In this document: piece after piece, positions 24,971 through 37,121 of the stretch
Layout of the letters: each line of letters starts with the position of its first letter
Position numbering within the stretch: position 1 is the first letter of the stretch
NCBI GenBank assembly: GCA_002269645.1
Contig: NIVC01000658.1
Span: forward strand, 248,001-312,000
Source of the DNA: Macrostomum lignano
Lineage: Eukaryota
DNA length: 64,000 bases
Direction of reading: 5' to 3'
The notes under the pieces: model-generated
What the model saw: only the letters and a program-made list of their open reading frames with translations
The model's database searches: none
What the model was told of the DNA's origin: nothing
Program-made: the position numbers and the translations under genes

Positions 24971-26558
24971 CTAGAGGCCAATAAAAAGACATGATTTAAC
25001 TTGAAAATAACCCCCGCCTGTAAAAGTGCAAGCATTTTAAAAGTACACTTGCTCCCTATTTTTCGGGGCTGTCTGGGGCTGTGTTTTAAGGAGGGGTGTA
25101 ATATAATATAATTTATGTATGGGTAAGAAAAGCTGACCATTTGTCTAATGGCCCGCCGCCTCGACCCCCCAATAAAAACAAGCGTCTGACGCCCACTATA
25201 GTCTGGGCCGCTAAACCCCCGTGCATGTGGTGGCGTTTAAAAGCTGGTTGTAAATCTTATTTAGTCAGAGGAAATCATAAGTACATTTCTAATTTTTTGC
25301 GAAAACAATATATTTACACAGGCCGTACCTACTTTTTACAACGTTATTTTTTTGTTCTACTACAAGTAAAGTTTTCTAGGAATTTAGCGGGAATTTTTCT
25401 ATTTTGTGTCGCTTCGCTATACGCCTTAACGGCTATACTATTTTCCGTTTCCAAAATGGCACGGAAGAAATTAAAAAATCGTCACCAGTGTCTACTTAGT
25501 TTGATTTGACTTATTACGTAATTGGGTGTTGACCCCCATGAGCCTTTAACAGAAACATTCTTCTGTGTTCGACTGCTAAGAGGGAATGCCATGCTAAAAG
25601 GCTAAAACAGATGCCAATTGCCAAAGATAGCTAAAATCGAACACTTGTACCTTCTAGGCTAGGTAGAACTAGAACCCCTTTCCCTGTGATAGAATTTTGA
25701 ATTTCCAATGTCAGAACCCGAAATCAGAAATGTGCTTAATTAAAAAATGAAAGAAACTACTGCAATAATAAATAACACGATTTGAACTCACTTTTGACCA
25801 AAATAAGCTCCGTCAGTTGCACCAGACTGATGTCCGTAAACCATCATGTCGTTGGCTAGATGATTCTCAATCTCAAAGACAGCTATTAACAAAAGCAGTT
25901 AAGAAGCGACTGTTCAGTAGGGTTTTCTTAAAAAAAATGTTAGCCAAGGTCACAAACAGGAAACAGTCTATAGCTTGCTTAACCGTACCGAAGCAGCAAA
26001 CCGAGGACAAAATAAGAATTGAGTGCAAAGCCGATGAGTAAGTAAACCGTGTGTTTTTGTATGGCGACCAAATGCTAAACGCGGCGGAGGGAGGGTTGGA
26101 GGTTGGGTTGAGTCGCGCTGGGGCTAAAAACAATTTTCCTCTGCTCCGGACTGTGGCAGGCAGGCTATTTTTGTGCCTTCTCGGGGGCAGGCAGCGAGAG
26201 AAATAAGGGCAGAGAACCGGAGTGGTACAGTGGCGGGCTGCGCCGGAGAAAAGGAAATTCGCTTTATAGTGGGGAGTGGGGTTGTCCGATGCACTGGAAC
26301 TAACGAAGAGCCGGGCGGACTTTTAATAAAAGCTCTTGCCCTCTAGCATCGGAAACCCCCCACCCCAACCACCTCTCACCCAACCCGGGCCAGAACTGGA
26401 TTGGCTGGGCCCGCTCTCATCCTATTGGACAAGTCTATGCTCTAAACACTGCTGCTGCGTGCGGGCCAACCTCTCTCACTATCAAATGCACCGCAGCAAG
26501 GAGAGGAAGAGAGGACATACTTAGTTAGCCCTCGTAATTATTATCAAACACGACTCAC

Positions 26559-26629
26559 CTTGATCTGCTGCTGAACTGGCGGCAAGAGAAAGGCAAAGGA
26601 GGGCAGGCAATTAATTGCATTTTCAGCAT
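26559..26629 (-). CDS. NR0B-like: Tentative first coding exon of the NR0B-like gene (MLKMQLIACPPLPFSCRQFSSRS); may instead be 5' UTR
   Basis: Strong donor AAG|GTGAGT at 26558; phase 2 matches the acceptor at 24630; total CDS 71+1358+224=1653 nt, in frame. Confidence 0.35.
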
Positions 26630-27484
26630 CGAAAAAAGCAATTTAGCTTCGCATCCATCTAGCGCGCAACAGCAGGGCAGATTGGTTCCGCTGGCCGGGT
26701 GGGTAGGCAGGCAATGCACTATTGGTGCATTTTTACCACGCCCTTATTTACTGTTCAGTGTTAGTCATTTGTGCGAAGCCCATGCAGATGCAGTTGAACT
26801 AAATGAGCATAATTATGTGAAATTTAAATTTTTACGCTCGTAATTGACGCATAGAATAAACGGTGCAGATGAACTTATAGAGGTTATAGCTAACCGCTAA
26901 ATCTTTCCTTATAAGGAAATTAACCTTCCCTTCGCAAGGCTCTCTGGTCTGTATGGTACAATGTACATGCACGCTTATCAATATCGAGGTTTCTCAAATC
27001 TCAAATCTCAGTAGGCAGTATAGCACTCTCGTAGGGTACAGTCTGCCCTGGCTCGTTCAAACATGTACATTCCCTGAAAAATGTAACTGTTTACCAGTCT
27101 GGAAAATCGAATATACTTGGCGGGCCAATTAGTGTGACATTAAATGTCCACACCGATAACCTTAACCGCGTCCTCCAGGATATGAGTCATTCTGGTTTTT
27201 CTCTTTTTCAAGATTACAATAAGTTTTATATATAACAGTTAATGTAATAAAATTAACTAACACGCCTCTATACATGAGGTCAAGTCTTAATGTAGCCAAT
27301 AGCTATTCAAGGACAACTAAAGCAACGAATATACGGACGCGACACTCACGTTTCATGGAAAAGGTTTTGAAGGCCACTTTTCGCCGAAAAACACTACGGA
27401 GATGAGAAGTTTTCATTTTTTCAGCACAAAAATTGTTATTGCCTTCGACAGGAGGCAGACCAAATATCGTGAAATATGTTCACC

Positions 27485-27877
27485 TTTTGATATGTTGTGC
27501 CATTCTTATAGCTCTATTGATATTCATATTCATAAAGCTTTTCGTTCAGAAAATTAGGATTCTTAAGTTAATTTTTTATTCTACGTACATTTCCTGTACC
27601 TGACAATCATAAAAATGCATGACACAGCTCGACTCATTGGTTTGATGAATCTATTTTATCATATCTGTTACACATATTGTTACACAGTCAGCTAAGAATG
27701 ACAAAATAGATTCATAAAACCAATGAGCCGAGCCGTGCCATGGTTTTTAGGTACAGGACATGTACAATTGTATGTAGAATAAAAAATTAACATAGAGTCC
27801 TAATTTTCTGAACGAAAAGCGTTATGAATATCAATAGAGCTATAATATATAAGACAGGTAGGCACAACATATCAAAA
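27485..27877. mobile_element. ~390-bp imperfect palindrome (MITE-like), arms ~180 bp
   Basis: TTTTGATATGTTGTGCC...TATAGCTCTATTGATATTCATA...GCTTTTCGTTCAGAAAATTAGGA mirrored by TCCTAATTTTCTGAACGAAAAGC...TATGAATATCAATAGAGCTATA...GGCACAACATATCAAAA; ends imprecise. Confidence 0.65.
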
Positions 27878-28041
27878 TATGGACTTTTCCCTGACACATT
27901 TGCCTCCCTGACACTCACTCGCTGATTTGATGTTAGATGGAGTCTAAAAATAGTTTCTATGAGACAAGCATTCCATTGTATACGGTATATTCACTGTATT
28001 ATCGTGTTGGGGAGGAATTCTATTTTAAAATTTATTAATTA

Positions 28042-29014
28042 CTTCGGGTGTGTCATAAGTAATGTCACTGATGTGAAAACAGACGAACTTGCAATCGCAG
28101 ATGAACAAAACTGTACCACTCAACAACATAGAGTCCCCCAATATCAATCACCCTCTGGCAGTGCTCATACAGCTTGTCCACCTCAGCCTACAGGTGTTTT
28201 TCCTCCAACTGCCATAACCAGTGCAACGCGACCTGTTTTACCTCTTCATGGTTTGCGAAACTCTTCTTGGAAAAGTCAGCCTTCAGCCATTTGAACAGGA
28301 ATCTCTTGCAAAAGTTGAAGTCCGGGCTGTAGGGACTCTGTCAGAGCAGATTCACTCGCCGTGCAGGCAGAAAATTCGAAAAAGCCTTACAGGTGTGCGG
28401 CCGTGCGGTGTCCATCTGCCACAGAACTTCGTCCAGGCGACATGGATTTGACCGGAGAGGGCGCCAGAGGTCCCCAGTGTGCCGGACAAAGTCGATAAAA
28501 TACTGGCCATTGACCTTGGTGTTCGGTGGAGTTGTGCAGATGGAGACTCGTTCGTTTGGCGTGAAGGCTACCAGCAGCATGGTCTTCTTGTCCAAGATGG
28601 ACTTCCTGGTCACAGTCGCCCTGGAGTCCCCAGCTCCCAGCCAGCAGCGATTGTTTGCCTCGCTTCCCTTGCCATCCAGGTGGAGCCAGCTTTCATCCTC
28701 AACAATCCAGGCAGTTTAGGGTGTCATTCAAGCCCCGCCTGCTGAACACCTTGCAGATCTGTTTGGTCCAGGCGTCTTGTCGAGATTCATGGCGATTTTT
28801 GTTCGCTGCATAGACGATTTTTCATCGCGTTGCACTTGCTAAATCTGCTTGGCGTATTCTTGCGATAGCTTGGGCCATAAACAACCTATGCACGTCTCAA
28901 ATGCACTGCTATTGCTTCACTAAGTATACTTTGCAGCTACACTACCCACAAGTCCATGTGACTACATATTTTAGACAGAAGCCTGCAGTGACATTACTTA
29001 TGACACACCCGAAG
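28042..29014 (-). mobile_element. Tc1/mariner (DD34D mariner-type) element, 973 bp, defective
   Basis: TA(28040-41)|CTTCGGGTGTGTCATAAGTAATGTCACTG and its perfect 29-bp reverse complement at 28986-29014|TA(29015-16). Confidence 0.92.
28130..28710 (-). pseudogene. Decayed mariner transposase catalytic domain
   Basis: IVEDESW...KKTML...QMDTARPH...LL*QSPYSPDFNFCKRFLFKWLK...HL*AEVDKLYEHCQRVIDIGGLYV; two in-frame stops, third Asp position (34 residues after the second) is Lys, frameshift upstream of DESW. Confidence 0.9.
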
Positions 29015-29854
29015 TAACTGACAAATTGACAATCAACAAAAAGCATAGCAAAATCTGTCCAGCCTATGAAAATCACGATGAAATAAATTCAGGATCTTTG
29101 GTTATTCATTCTCATATGCGTATGCATAGCCATGTGTTATACTCTGTATTGTACACTGTGCAGTACTTGGTACTACTAAACTTAATCCCTGCTCTAAAGT
29201 GTTCTCAGGTGCCGGCTAGGAAAGGGTTTTTGGCTCTATCTATCCTCCTGAGCACAACAGCGCACAGAAAGTCTAACACCCCCGCTCCCCCCCTCAAACC
29301 CCTCCTGTTTACGGCGGGAGGCCGACATGGTTGACCCGCCTTGCCTGAGGTCAGAAACCGACTGAGCGGATTCCTTTTTTTGCTTATAACTGCGTTGGTG
29401 CGCTCTCCGATGTGGGGGGGGGGGGCAGAGGGCCCTACGTCCACCAAATAGTAAACACTGCCGCCACTCTCTCTCTGACAGCCCCCATTTTTAGTCTAAA
29501 AATTGCGGTTGTTTTCGCAATTCGCACCAATGTACTTTTTGAACCAGTGTACGAACTTCTTTACTAGAATATATACATATGTAGGCTTCTCGTTGTTTAC
29601 GCTGTTGTTGATGTCGATTAATTTTAAAGAAAAAAATATTATTTGTTAATTTCTAATTCCGCGTTAACACATTACTTGCTCAGCTGTCTGTCTGCCAAAT
29701 CTTAGTAAGGGAAAAAAGTGCGTGATAAAAATTATAATACAAGTACATGCTTATCGGCGAGTAAAGTGCACGAAAATATTTGTAGGGAAAAGTACACGAT
29801 TTTCGGAGAGAAAGTCGGTGCTTCTCTCTTGCCGAGGCCCCAAAATGCCAGCGA

Positions 29855-30335
29855 GCTTTGCTTCTTGGCGCCCGAAACAACCTTACTTTTGGCGCCCGAA
29901 ACAACCTTGCTTTTGGCGCCCGGAACAACCTTACTTTTGGCGCCCGGAACAACCTTGCTTTTGGCGCCCGGAACAACCTTACTTTTGGCGCCCGGAACAA
30001 CCTTGCTTTTGGCGCCCGGAACAACCTTACTTTTGGCGCCCGGAACAACCTTGCTTTTGGCGCCCGGAACAACCTTGCTTTTGGCGCCCGGAAGAACCTT
30101 GCTTTTGGCGCCCGGAACAACCTTACTTTTGGCGCCCGGAACAACCGTACTTTTGCGCCCGTAACAACCGTACTTTTGCGCCCAGAACAACCGTACTTTT
30201 GGCGCCCGGAACAACCTTGCTTTTGGCGCCCGGAACAACCTTACTTTTGGCGCCCGGAACAACCTTGCTTTTGGCGCCCGGAACAACCTTACTTTTGGCG
30301 CCCGGAAGAACCTTGCTTTTGGCGCCCGGAACAAG
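29855..30335. repeat. 24-bp minisatellite TTTTGGCGCCCGGAACAACCTT(A/G)C
   Basis: Direct reading; source of ORFs 29680..30384. Confidence 0.95.
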
Positions 30336-31189
30336 CCCCAGGCCAAAGTCCGTGCACAATAGTCCCAACTACCACATGACATGATGTAAAGTTGTAACTT
30401 GTAATACAGTTAATATTCCTAATAGGATCAAGAAAATCATTTGCGAATTTGATACTAATTTTGAAAACCTTTTGCCCTTTTTGGCCTTTTGTCATTCATC
30501 GAGATAGATAGAAGTGACACCACAGCAGACTTAACTGGTACATTTTTTCTGAGTTCACTCACAAATTTTGCATTTCGCTGATACTCACTCACTGAGTAGT
30601 TGGATTGAGTCTAAAAATAGTTTCAGTGTCAGAAATACTGTTTTCTTTGGAAATTAATTAAAGTACAAAAACCTATGCTTTATATATGTCCGCTTGTGTC
30701 TAACAGGCACTATTCGAGTAATTTTTCCCAGAAACAGAAAGCTTGTTTCCCATGCAAATATTCTAATATTAGAGAGAGGCCTTGTGTAAATAAGCGCATG
30801 TGATGCGTGCTCGGAGCCAGCACTCAGCGCAGGAGTCCGGTGCTTCTCTTGCCTCTGCTTTCATTCAATTCTCCTGTGGGATCGCGTTTTGCGTGCAGAC
30901 AGTGCTTAATTTGTATCGGGAAAAACATGTTTATCGCAATGATTACAATGATATGCTCCTATGCTGGGAGAACAGGGACTAGCTCGTAGAAACAGGACAC
31001 GTGATTTAGCAACTTGTTTTTGAACAGGGGTTTCTAGAACTATCTATCTGCTTTTTTGACGTTGAAAAAATCGAACTGACTAAACTGAGAACCATGAAGC
31101 CTGATCCATCGTGTACTTTTACGTAAATTACCGCTTCTTAATTGTGTACTTTTAACAGAAAATAGTTTTGGGTAATTTTCTCGACGAAA

Positions 31190-31346
31190 TTTGTGTACTT
31201 TTACCGTGTCTTTATCTTGTACTTTTACCCTGTCTTTATCTTGTACTTTTACCCTGTCTTTATATTGTACTTTTACCCTGTCTTTATCTTGTACTTTTAC
31301 CGTGTCTTTATCTTGTACTTTTACTGTGTCTTTATTGTGTACTTTT
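31190..31346. repeat. 24-bp AT-rich tandem (TCTTGTACTTTTACCCTGTCTTTA) within a GTGTACTTTT-rich zone
   Basis: Direct reading. Confidence 0.85.
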
Positions 31347-31936
31347 CTCTAAAATATAAGCATGTACTCTTCTTCCTCTACGTGTACTTTTTTCTCATTC
31401 TCGTTCTCTTCAACCGTTGCACTTTTGCTTTATTGTGCATGTACTGTTTTTCTGCTATTTTATTTGTTAATCGTGTACTTTTACACGAGCTTACTTTCAT
31501 CAACTCTTCGTGTTTCATTGTCTTTGCAATACTGCTGTACTAGAAAATTAATTAGTTTTGCTTTATCTCGAGTTATTAAGCCTTTTTTACCATGTTCTCA
31601 CGATAAAGTTTTCAAAATTAATTGTACATTCATGCGCAATCAAAATGTACAACACGCAGCTCCATGAATAAATCTGTGTACGCCAGGTTAAACGCTTTCT
31701 TATCATTGATATATCAAATTTTCTACTGTTTTCAATTCGTGTTTAAATTTTCACAGATATTGAAAGCCACGCGCAGTTACCTACGTATGTCATGGAACAC
31801 ACAGCATGCAGTTTGAAAGATTTTAATCTATAAAATATACAAAAACTGCCTGGCTTGGAATGTGAGACTTGTTTACGAACTTCTGTTCAGCAGCATGGCC
31901 AAGAACAACCCCGTGAAAAACAGATTTTTTGCATCC

Positions 31937-32018
31937 ATGTACACTGCTTCTGCGGCGCTGGTGTACACTCTTGTGTTTTTATGGACCTACTCAGCCCCAG
32001 CCGATGGTGCACCAAATG
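31937..32018 (+). CDS. Candidate signal-peptide exon of the serine protease (MYTASAALVYTLVFLWTYSAPADGAPNG); alternative start ATG at 31895
   Basis: Hydrophobic signal-like peptide; non-canonical donor G|GCAAGT at 32019; phase 1 matches the acceptor at 35962. Confidence 0.4.
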
Positions 32019-32169
32019 GCAAGTACATATCATTGCGATGCATTTAGCCAGACATACCCGACACTGCTTACAGCGTTACCTCTGACAGTTTGAGTGAGAA
32101 CTGCTGCCTGACAATTAAATAATTTTTTTTCATTGTTGCTAGAAAAATATTTTTGTGATAATATAAACC

Positions 32170-33655
32170 CAGTGAGGCTTGGAAGCGACACTGTTCAGCA
32201 CCTGGGGTTTGGGGGAAGCGACACTGTTCAAGCACCTGGGGTTTGGGGGAAGCGACACTGTTCAAGCACCTGGGGTTTGGGGGAAGCGACACTGTTCAAG
32301 CACCTGGGGTTTGGGGGAAGCGACACTGTTTAAGCACCTGGGGTTTGGGGTAAGCGACACTGTTCAAGCACCTGGGGTTTGGGGGAAGCGACACTGTTCA
32401 AGCACCTGGGGTTTGGGGGAAGCGACACTGTTCAAGCACCTGGGGTTTGGGGAAGCGACACTGTTCAAGCACCTGGGGTTTGGGGGAAGCGACACTGTTC
32501 AAGCACCTGGGGTTTGGGGAAGCGACACTGTTCAAGCACCTGGGGTTTGGGGGAAGCGACACTGTTCAAGCACCTGGGGTTTGGGGGAAGCGACACTGTT
32601 CAAGCACCTGGGGTTTGGGGGAAGCGACACTGTTTAAGCACCTGGGGTTTGGGGTAAGCGACACTGTTCAAGCACCTGGGGTTTGGGGGAAGCGACACTG
32701 TTCAAGCACCTGGGGTTTGGGGGAAGCGACACTGTTCAAGCACCTGGGGTTTGGGGGAAGCGACACTGTTCAAGCACCTGGGGTTTGGGGGAAGCGACAC
32801 TGTTCAAGCACCTGGGGTTTGGGGGAAGCGACACTGTTTAAGCACCTGGGGTTTGGGGTAAGCGACACTGTTCAAGCACCTGGGATCCGGGGGGAAGTGA
32901 CACTGTTCAAGCACCTGGGATCCAGGAGGAAGTGACACCGTTCAAGCACCTGGGATCCAGGTGGAAGTGACACTGTTCAAGCACCTGGGATCCAGGAGGA
33001 AGTGACACTGTTCAAGCACCTGGGATCCAGGGGGAAGTGACACTGTTCAAGCACCTGGGATCCAGGAGGAAGTGACACTGTTCAAGCACCTGGGATCCAG
33101 GAGGAAGTGACACTGTTCAAGCACCTGGGATCCAGGAGGAAGTGACACTGTTCAAGCACCTGGGATCCAGGAGGAAGTGACACTGTTCAAGCACCTGGGA
33201 TCCAGGAGGAAGTGACACTGTTCAAGCACCTGGGATCCAGGTGGAAGTGACACTGTTCAAGCACCTGGGATCCAGGTGGAAGTGACACTGCTCAAGCACC
33301 TGGGATCCAGGTGGAAGTGACACTGCTCAAGCACCTGGGATCCAGGAGGAAGTGACACTGTTCAAGCACCTGGGATCCAGGTGGAAGTGACACTGTTCAA
33401 GCACCTGAGATCCAGGTGGAAGCGACACTTTTCAAGCACCTGGGATCCAGGTGGAAGCGACACTGTTCAAGCACCTGGGATCCAGGTGGAAGTGACACTG
33501 TTCAAGCACCTGGGATCCAGGGGGAAGCGACACTGTTCAAGCACCTGGGATCCAGGAGGAAGTGACACTGTTCAAGCACCTGGGATCCAGGTGGAAGTGA
33601 CACTGTTCAAGCACCTGGGATCCAGGTGGAAGTGACACTGCTCAAGCACCTGGGA
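32170..33655. repeat. Bipartite minisatellite: ~32-bp then 30-bp units sharing the core GACACTGTTCAAGCACCTGGG
   Basis: Direct reading; unit switch at ~32880. Confidence 0.96.
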
Positions 33656-34242
33656 TTCGAAAAAGAATCTGTTGTGCTCAAATAAACCAGTAGGATAAAA
33701 GTATTTAGCTCGAAGCCTATTAAACCATTGATTTTGCACTGCTTTAGGTACACTGTAGTTAGTAGGCGAGCTTAAATGGCTAGCGTTTTTTGGTAGGCCT
33801 TTAAAAGTGCATCTAGGATCAGAGATGTTCGGTAATTTCCTAAAATTTCAACTCCGCTGCACTTTACAGCAATCCAAAGGCTTTCTCGTTGAATTTTTCT
33901 TTGACTAGCCTGTAGGTCCCACCGGACTCTGTAGTCCAATTGGCTCTGGAAAAGTACATTATTTACCTGGGCCGACATTTTCACTGAAACAGACTAATCT
34001 GCAAATCAGAAATTTGCATGTTTGCAAGGAAAGATTGGCGTCGCATTGCTACCCTGGATATTTTCAGTCCAGCTTTCAAAAATAACTGATTCGATTTGTG
34101 CACCTGTTTTATAATTGAAAAAACAAGCTTTAATCCAGCTGACATACAGGCAGTATGCTCCTGGGAACTGTATTCAACAGTATGCGAATTACTGGCTGAA
34201 GACTCGGTGGTTAATAAGGACTTGGCTGTGCTTCCAGTTTGA

Positions 34243-35802
34243 TGACCAGGTAAAGAATGCACAGGACCTGTCTGTAGTGTGATGACCAGGTAAAGAATGC
34301 ACAGGACCTGTCTGTAGTGTGATGACCAGGTAAAGAATGCACAGGACCTGTCTGTAGTGTGATGACCAGGTAAAGAATGCACAGGACCTGTCCGTAGTGT
34401 GATGACCAGGTAAAGAATGCACAGGACCTGTCTGTAGTGTGATGACCAGGTAAAGAATGCACAGGACCTGTCTGTAGTGTGATGACCAGGTAAAGAATGC
34501 ACAAGACCTGTCTGTAGTGTGATGACCAGGTAAAGAATGAACAGGACCTGTCTGTAGTGTGATGACCAGGTAAAGAATGCAGGACCTGTCTGTAGTGTGA
34601 TGACCAGGTAAAGAATGCACAGGACCTGTCTGTAGTGTGATGACCAGGTAAAGAATGCACAGGACCTGTCCGTAGTGTGATGACCAGGTAAAGAATGCAC
34701 AGGACCTGTCCGTAGTGTGATGACCAGGTAAAGAATGAACAGGACCTGTCTGTAGTGTGATGACCAGGTAAAGAATGCACAGGACCTGTCTGTAGTGTGA
34801 TGACCAGGTAAAGAATGCACAGGACCTGTCTGTAGTGTGATGACCAGGTAAAGAATGCACAGGACCTGTCCGTAGTGTGATGACCAGGTAAAGAATGCAC
34901 AGGACCTGTCCGTAGTGTGATGACCAGGTAAAGAATGAACAGGACCTGTCTGTAGTGTGATGACCAGGTAAAGAATGCACAGGACCTGTCTGTAGTGTGA
35001 TGACCAGGTAAAGAATGCACAGGACCTGTCTGTAGTGTGATGACCAGGTAAAGAATGAACAGGACCTGTCTGTAGTGTGATGACCAGGTAAAGAATGTAG
35101 GACCTGTCTGTAGTGTGATGACCAGGTAAAGAATGCAGGACCTGTCTGTAGTGTGATGACCAGGTAAAGAATGCACAGGACCTGTCTGTAGTGTGATGAC
35201 CAGGTAAAGAATGCACAGGACCTGTCCGTAGTGTGATGACCAGGTAAAGAATGAACAGGACCTGTCTGTAGTGTGATGACCAGGTAAAGAATGCACAGGA
35301 CCTGTCTGTAGTGTGATGACCAGGTAAAGAATGCACAGGACCTGTCTGTAGTGTGATGACCAGGTAAAGAATGAACAGGACCTGTCTGTAGTGTGATGAC
35401 CAGGTAAAGAATGTAGGACCTGTCTGTAGTGTGATGACCAGGTAAAGAATGCACAGGACCTGTCTGTAGTGTGATGACCAGGTAAAGAATGCACAGGACC
35501 TGTCTGTAGTGTGATGACCAGGTAAAGAATGAACAGGACCTGTCTGTAGTGTGATGACCAGGTAAAGAATGTAGGACCTGTCTGTAGTGTGATGACCAGG
35601 TAAAGAATGCAGGACCTGTCTGTAGTGTGATGACCAGGTAAAGAATGCACAGGACCTGTCTGTAGTGTGATGACCAGGTAAAGAATGAACAGGACCTGTC
35701 TGTAGTGTGATGACCAGGTAAAGAATGTAGGACCTGTCTGTAGTGTGATGACCAGGTAAAGAATGCAGGACCTGTCTGTAGTGTGATGACCAGGTAAAGA
35801 AT
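34243..35802. repeat. 38-40 bp minisatellite GATGACCAGGTAAAGAATGCACAGGACCTGTCTGTAGTGT, ~39 copies
   Basis: Direct reading; source of the 421-623 aa spurious ORFs. Confidence 0.97.
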
Positions 35803-35962
35803 CGGGGGCTTGGTTGTTCTGATGTGCCAGGTAACGAACGTTTTTTTGGCAAAGGCCCGGTAAAGAAACGGGGCCTGAAGTCGAGACGATCAGGTAAAAG
35901 ACAAGCAAGAACAATGGCCTGTATCGGTCACTAAAACACGATACAATTTTCAATTCCCACAG

Positions 35963-36356
35963 GAACGTCCAACTCGACATGCTGGAAGGTGTTTGCCGGA
36001 GTGTGCGTAAAAACAGGCAGCGACGGTTGTCCATTCGAGAACGCCTGGTTTTCGTGGCTGCACTGCCCGGCTGGCTATCACTGCTGCGTGCCTCCGAAGC
36101 GACCGGAGCAGCACATCGAGCGTCACCCTATCGTGCCCTGCGGAAACAGGAGCAGCACCGGTGCCGCCGACGTCAGTCTGGTGATCGGTGGCCACCTCGC
36201 CGTTGCCGGGGATTGGCCCTGGTTGGCACAAATTCTCGTGAGCCGCGATCTGTCCGCGAAGACTGCGAAGGATGCGACGCCGCGTCAGCACTGCGGCGGT
36301 GTGCTGGTGCATCCTCAATGGGTTCTGTCCGCTGGGCACTGCTTCGCTTGGGCCGA
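35963..36356 (+). CDS. S1A serine protease exon: 6-Cys defensin/clip-like module, linker Cys, VIGG start of the catalytic domain, catalytic His (SAGHC)
   Basis: Acceptor TTCCCACAG| at 35962; CWKVFAGVC..C..C..CC, CG..VIGG..WPWLA..CGGVLVHPQWVLSAGHC; donor GA|GTGAGT at 36357. Confidence 0.88.
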
Positions 36357-36429
36357 GTGAGTCTAGATTGTCTCTTGCGTGTCTATCTAGCTACCACCTA
36401 CCTCCCCAATAAACCTACAGTTTACTGTT

Positions 36430-36855
36430 TAGCAAACAAACAATCAACCGATGCTAATCACCACGAACCAATCAACACAAACAATCAACACGAACAATCA
36501 ACACAACCACGAACCAATCAACACAAACAATCAACACGAACAATCAACACAAACCGCGAACCAATCAACACAAACAATCAACACGAAAAATCAACACAAA
36601 CCACGAACCAATCAACACGAACAATCAACACAACCATGAACAATCAACACGAAAAATCAACACAAACAATCAACATGAACAATCAACACAACCACGAACC
36701 AATCAACACAACCACGAACCAATCAACACAACCACGAACCAATCAACACAACCACGAACCAATCAACACAAAAAATCAACACAAAAAATCAACACAAAAA
36801 ATCAACACGAACAATCAACACAAACCACGAACAATCAACACAAACAATCAACACG
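36430..36855. repeat. AAC/ATC-rich low-complexity array (ACAATCAACACAAACC) in a protease intron
   Basis: Direct reading. Confidence 0.9.
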
Positions 36856-37121
36856 TACCTACATGGACTTCCTCCATTAATCTACAAAACAGCCAACCTT
36901 CCGATGCATGACGGAGTGCTTCGGACAGACAGCATGCAGTCCTGACCTTCTCACCGTCAGGCAGTGCATACTGTGCATTGAGTATTGGCCCATCATGAGA
37001 ATTTGAACTACGCAGCAAGTCCTAAATTGAAGTGACCGCGCAGGAGTCGCACTCAGATACTTAATTTGATGCGAGAGACAAAAACCTACCTTAGCTACCT
37101 GCCATTCACACAACTTCACAG

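Noticed and set aside
34243-35802. CRISPR-like appearance of the 30-40 bp periodic arrays
   Set aside because: Units are head-to-tail with no unique spacers, there are no cas genes, and the context is eukaryotic.
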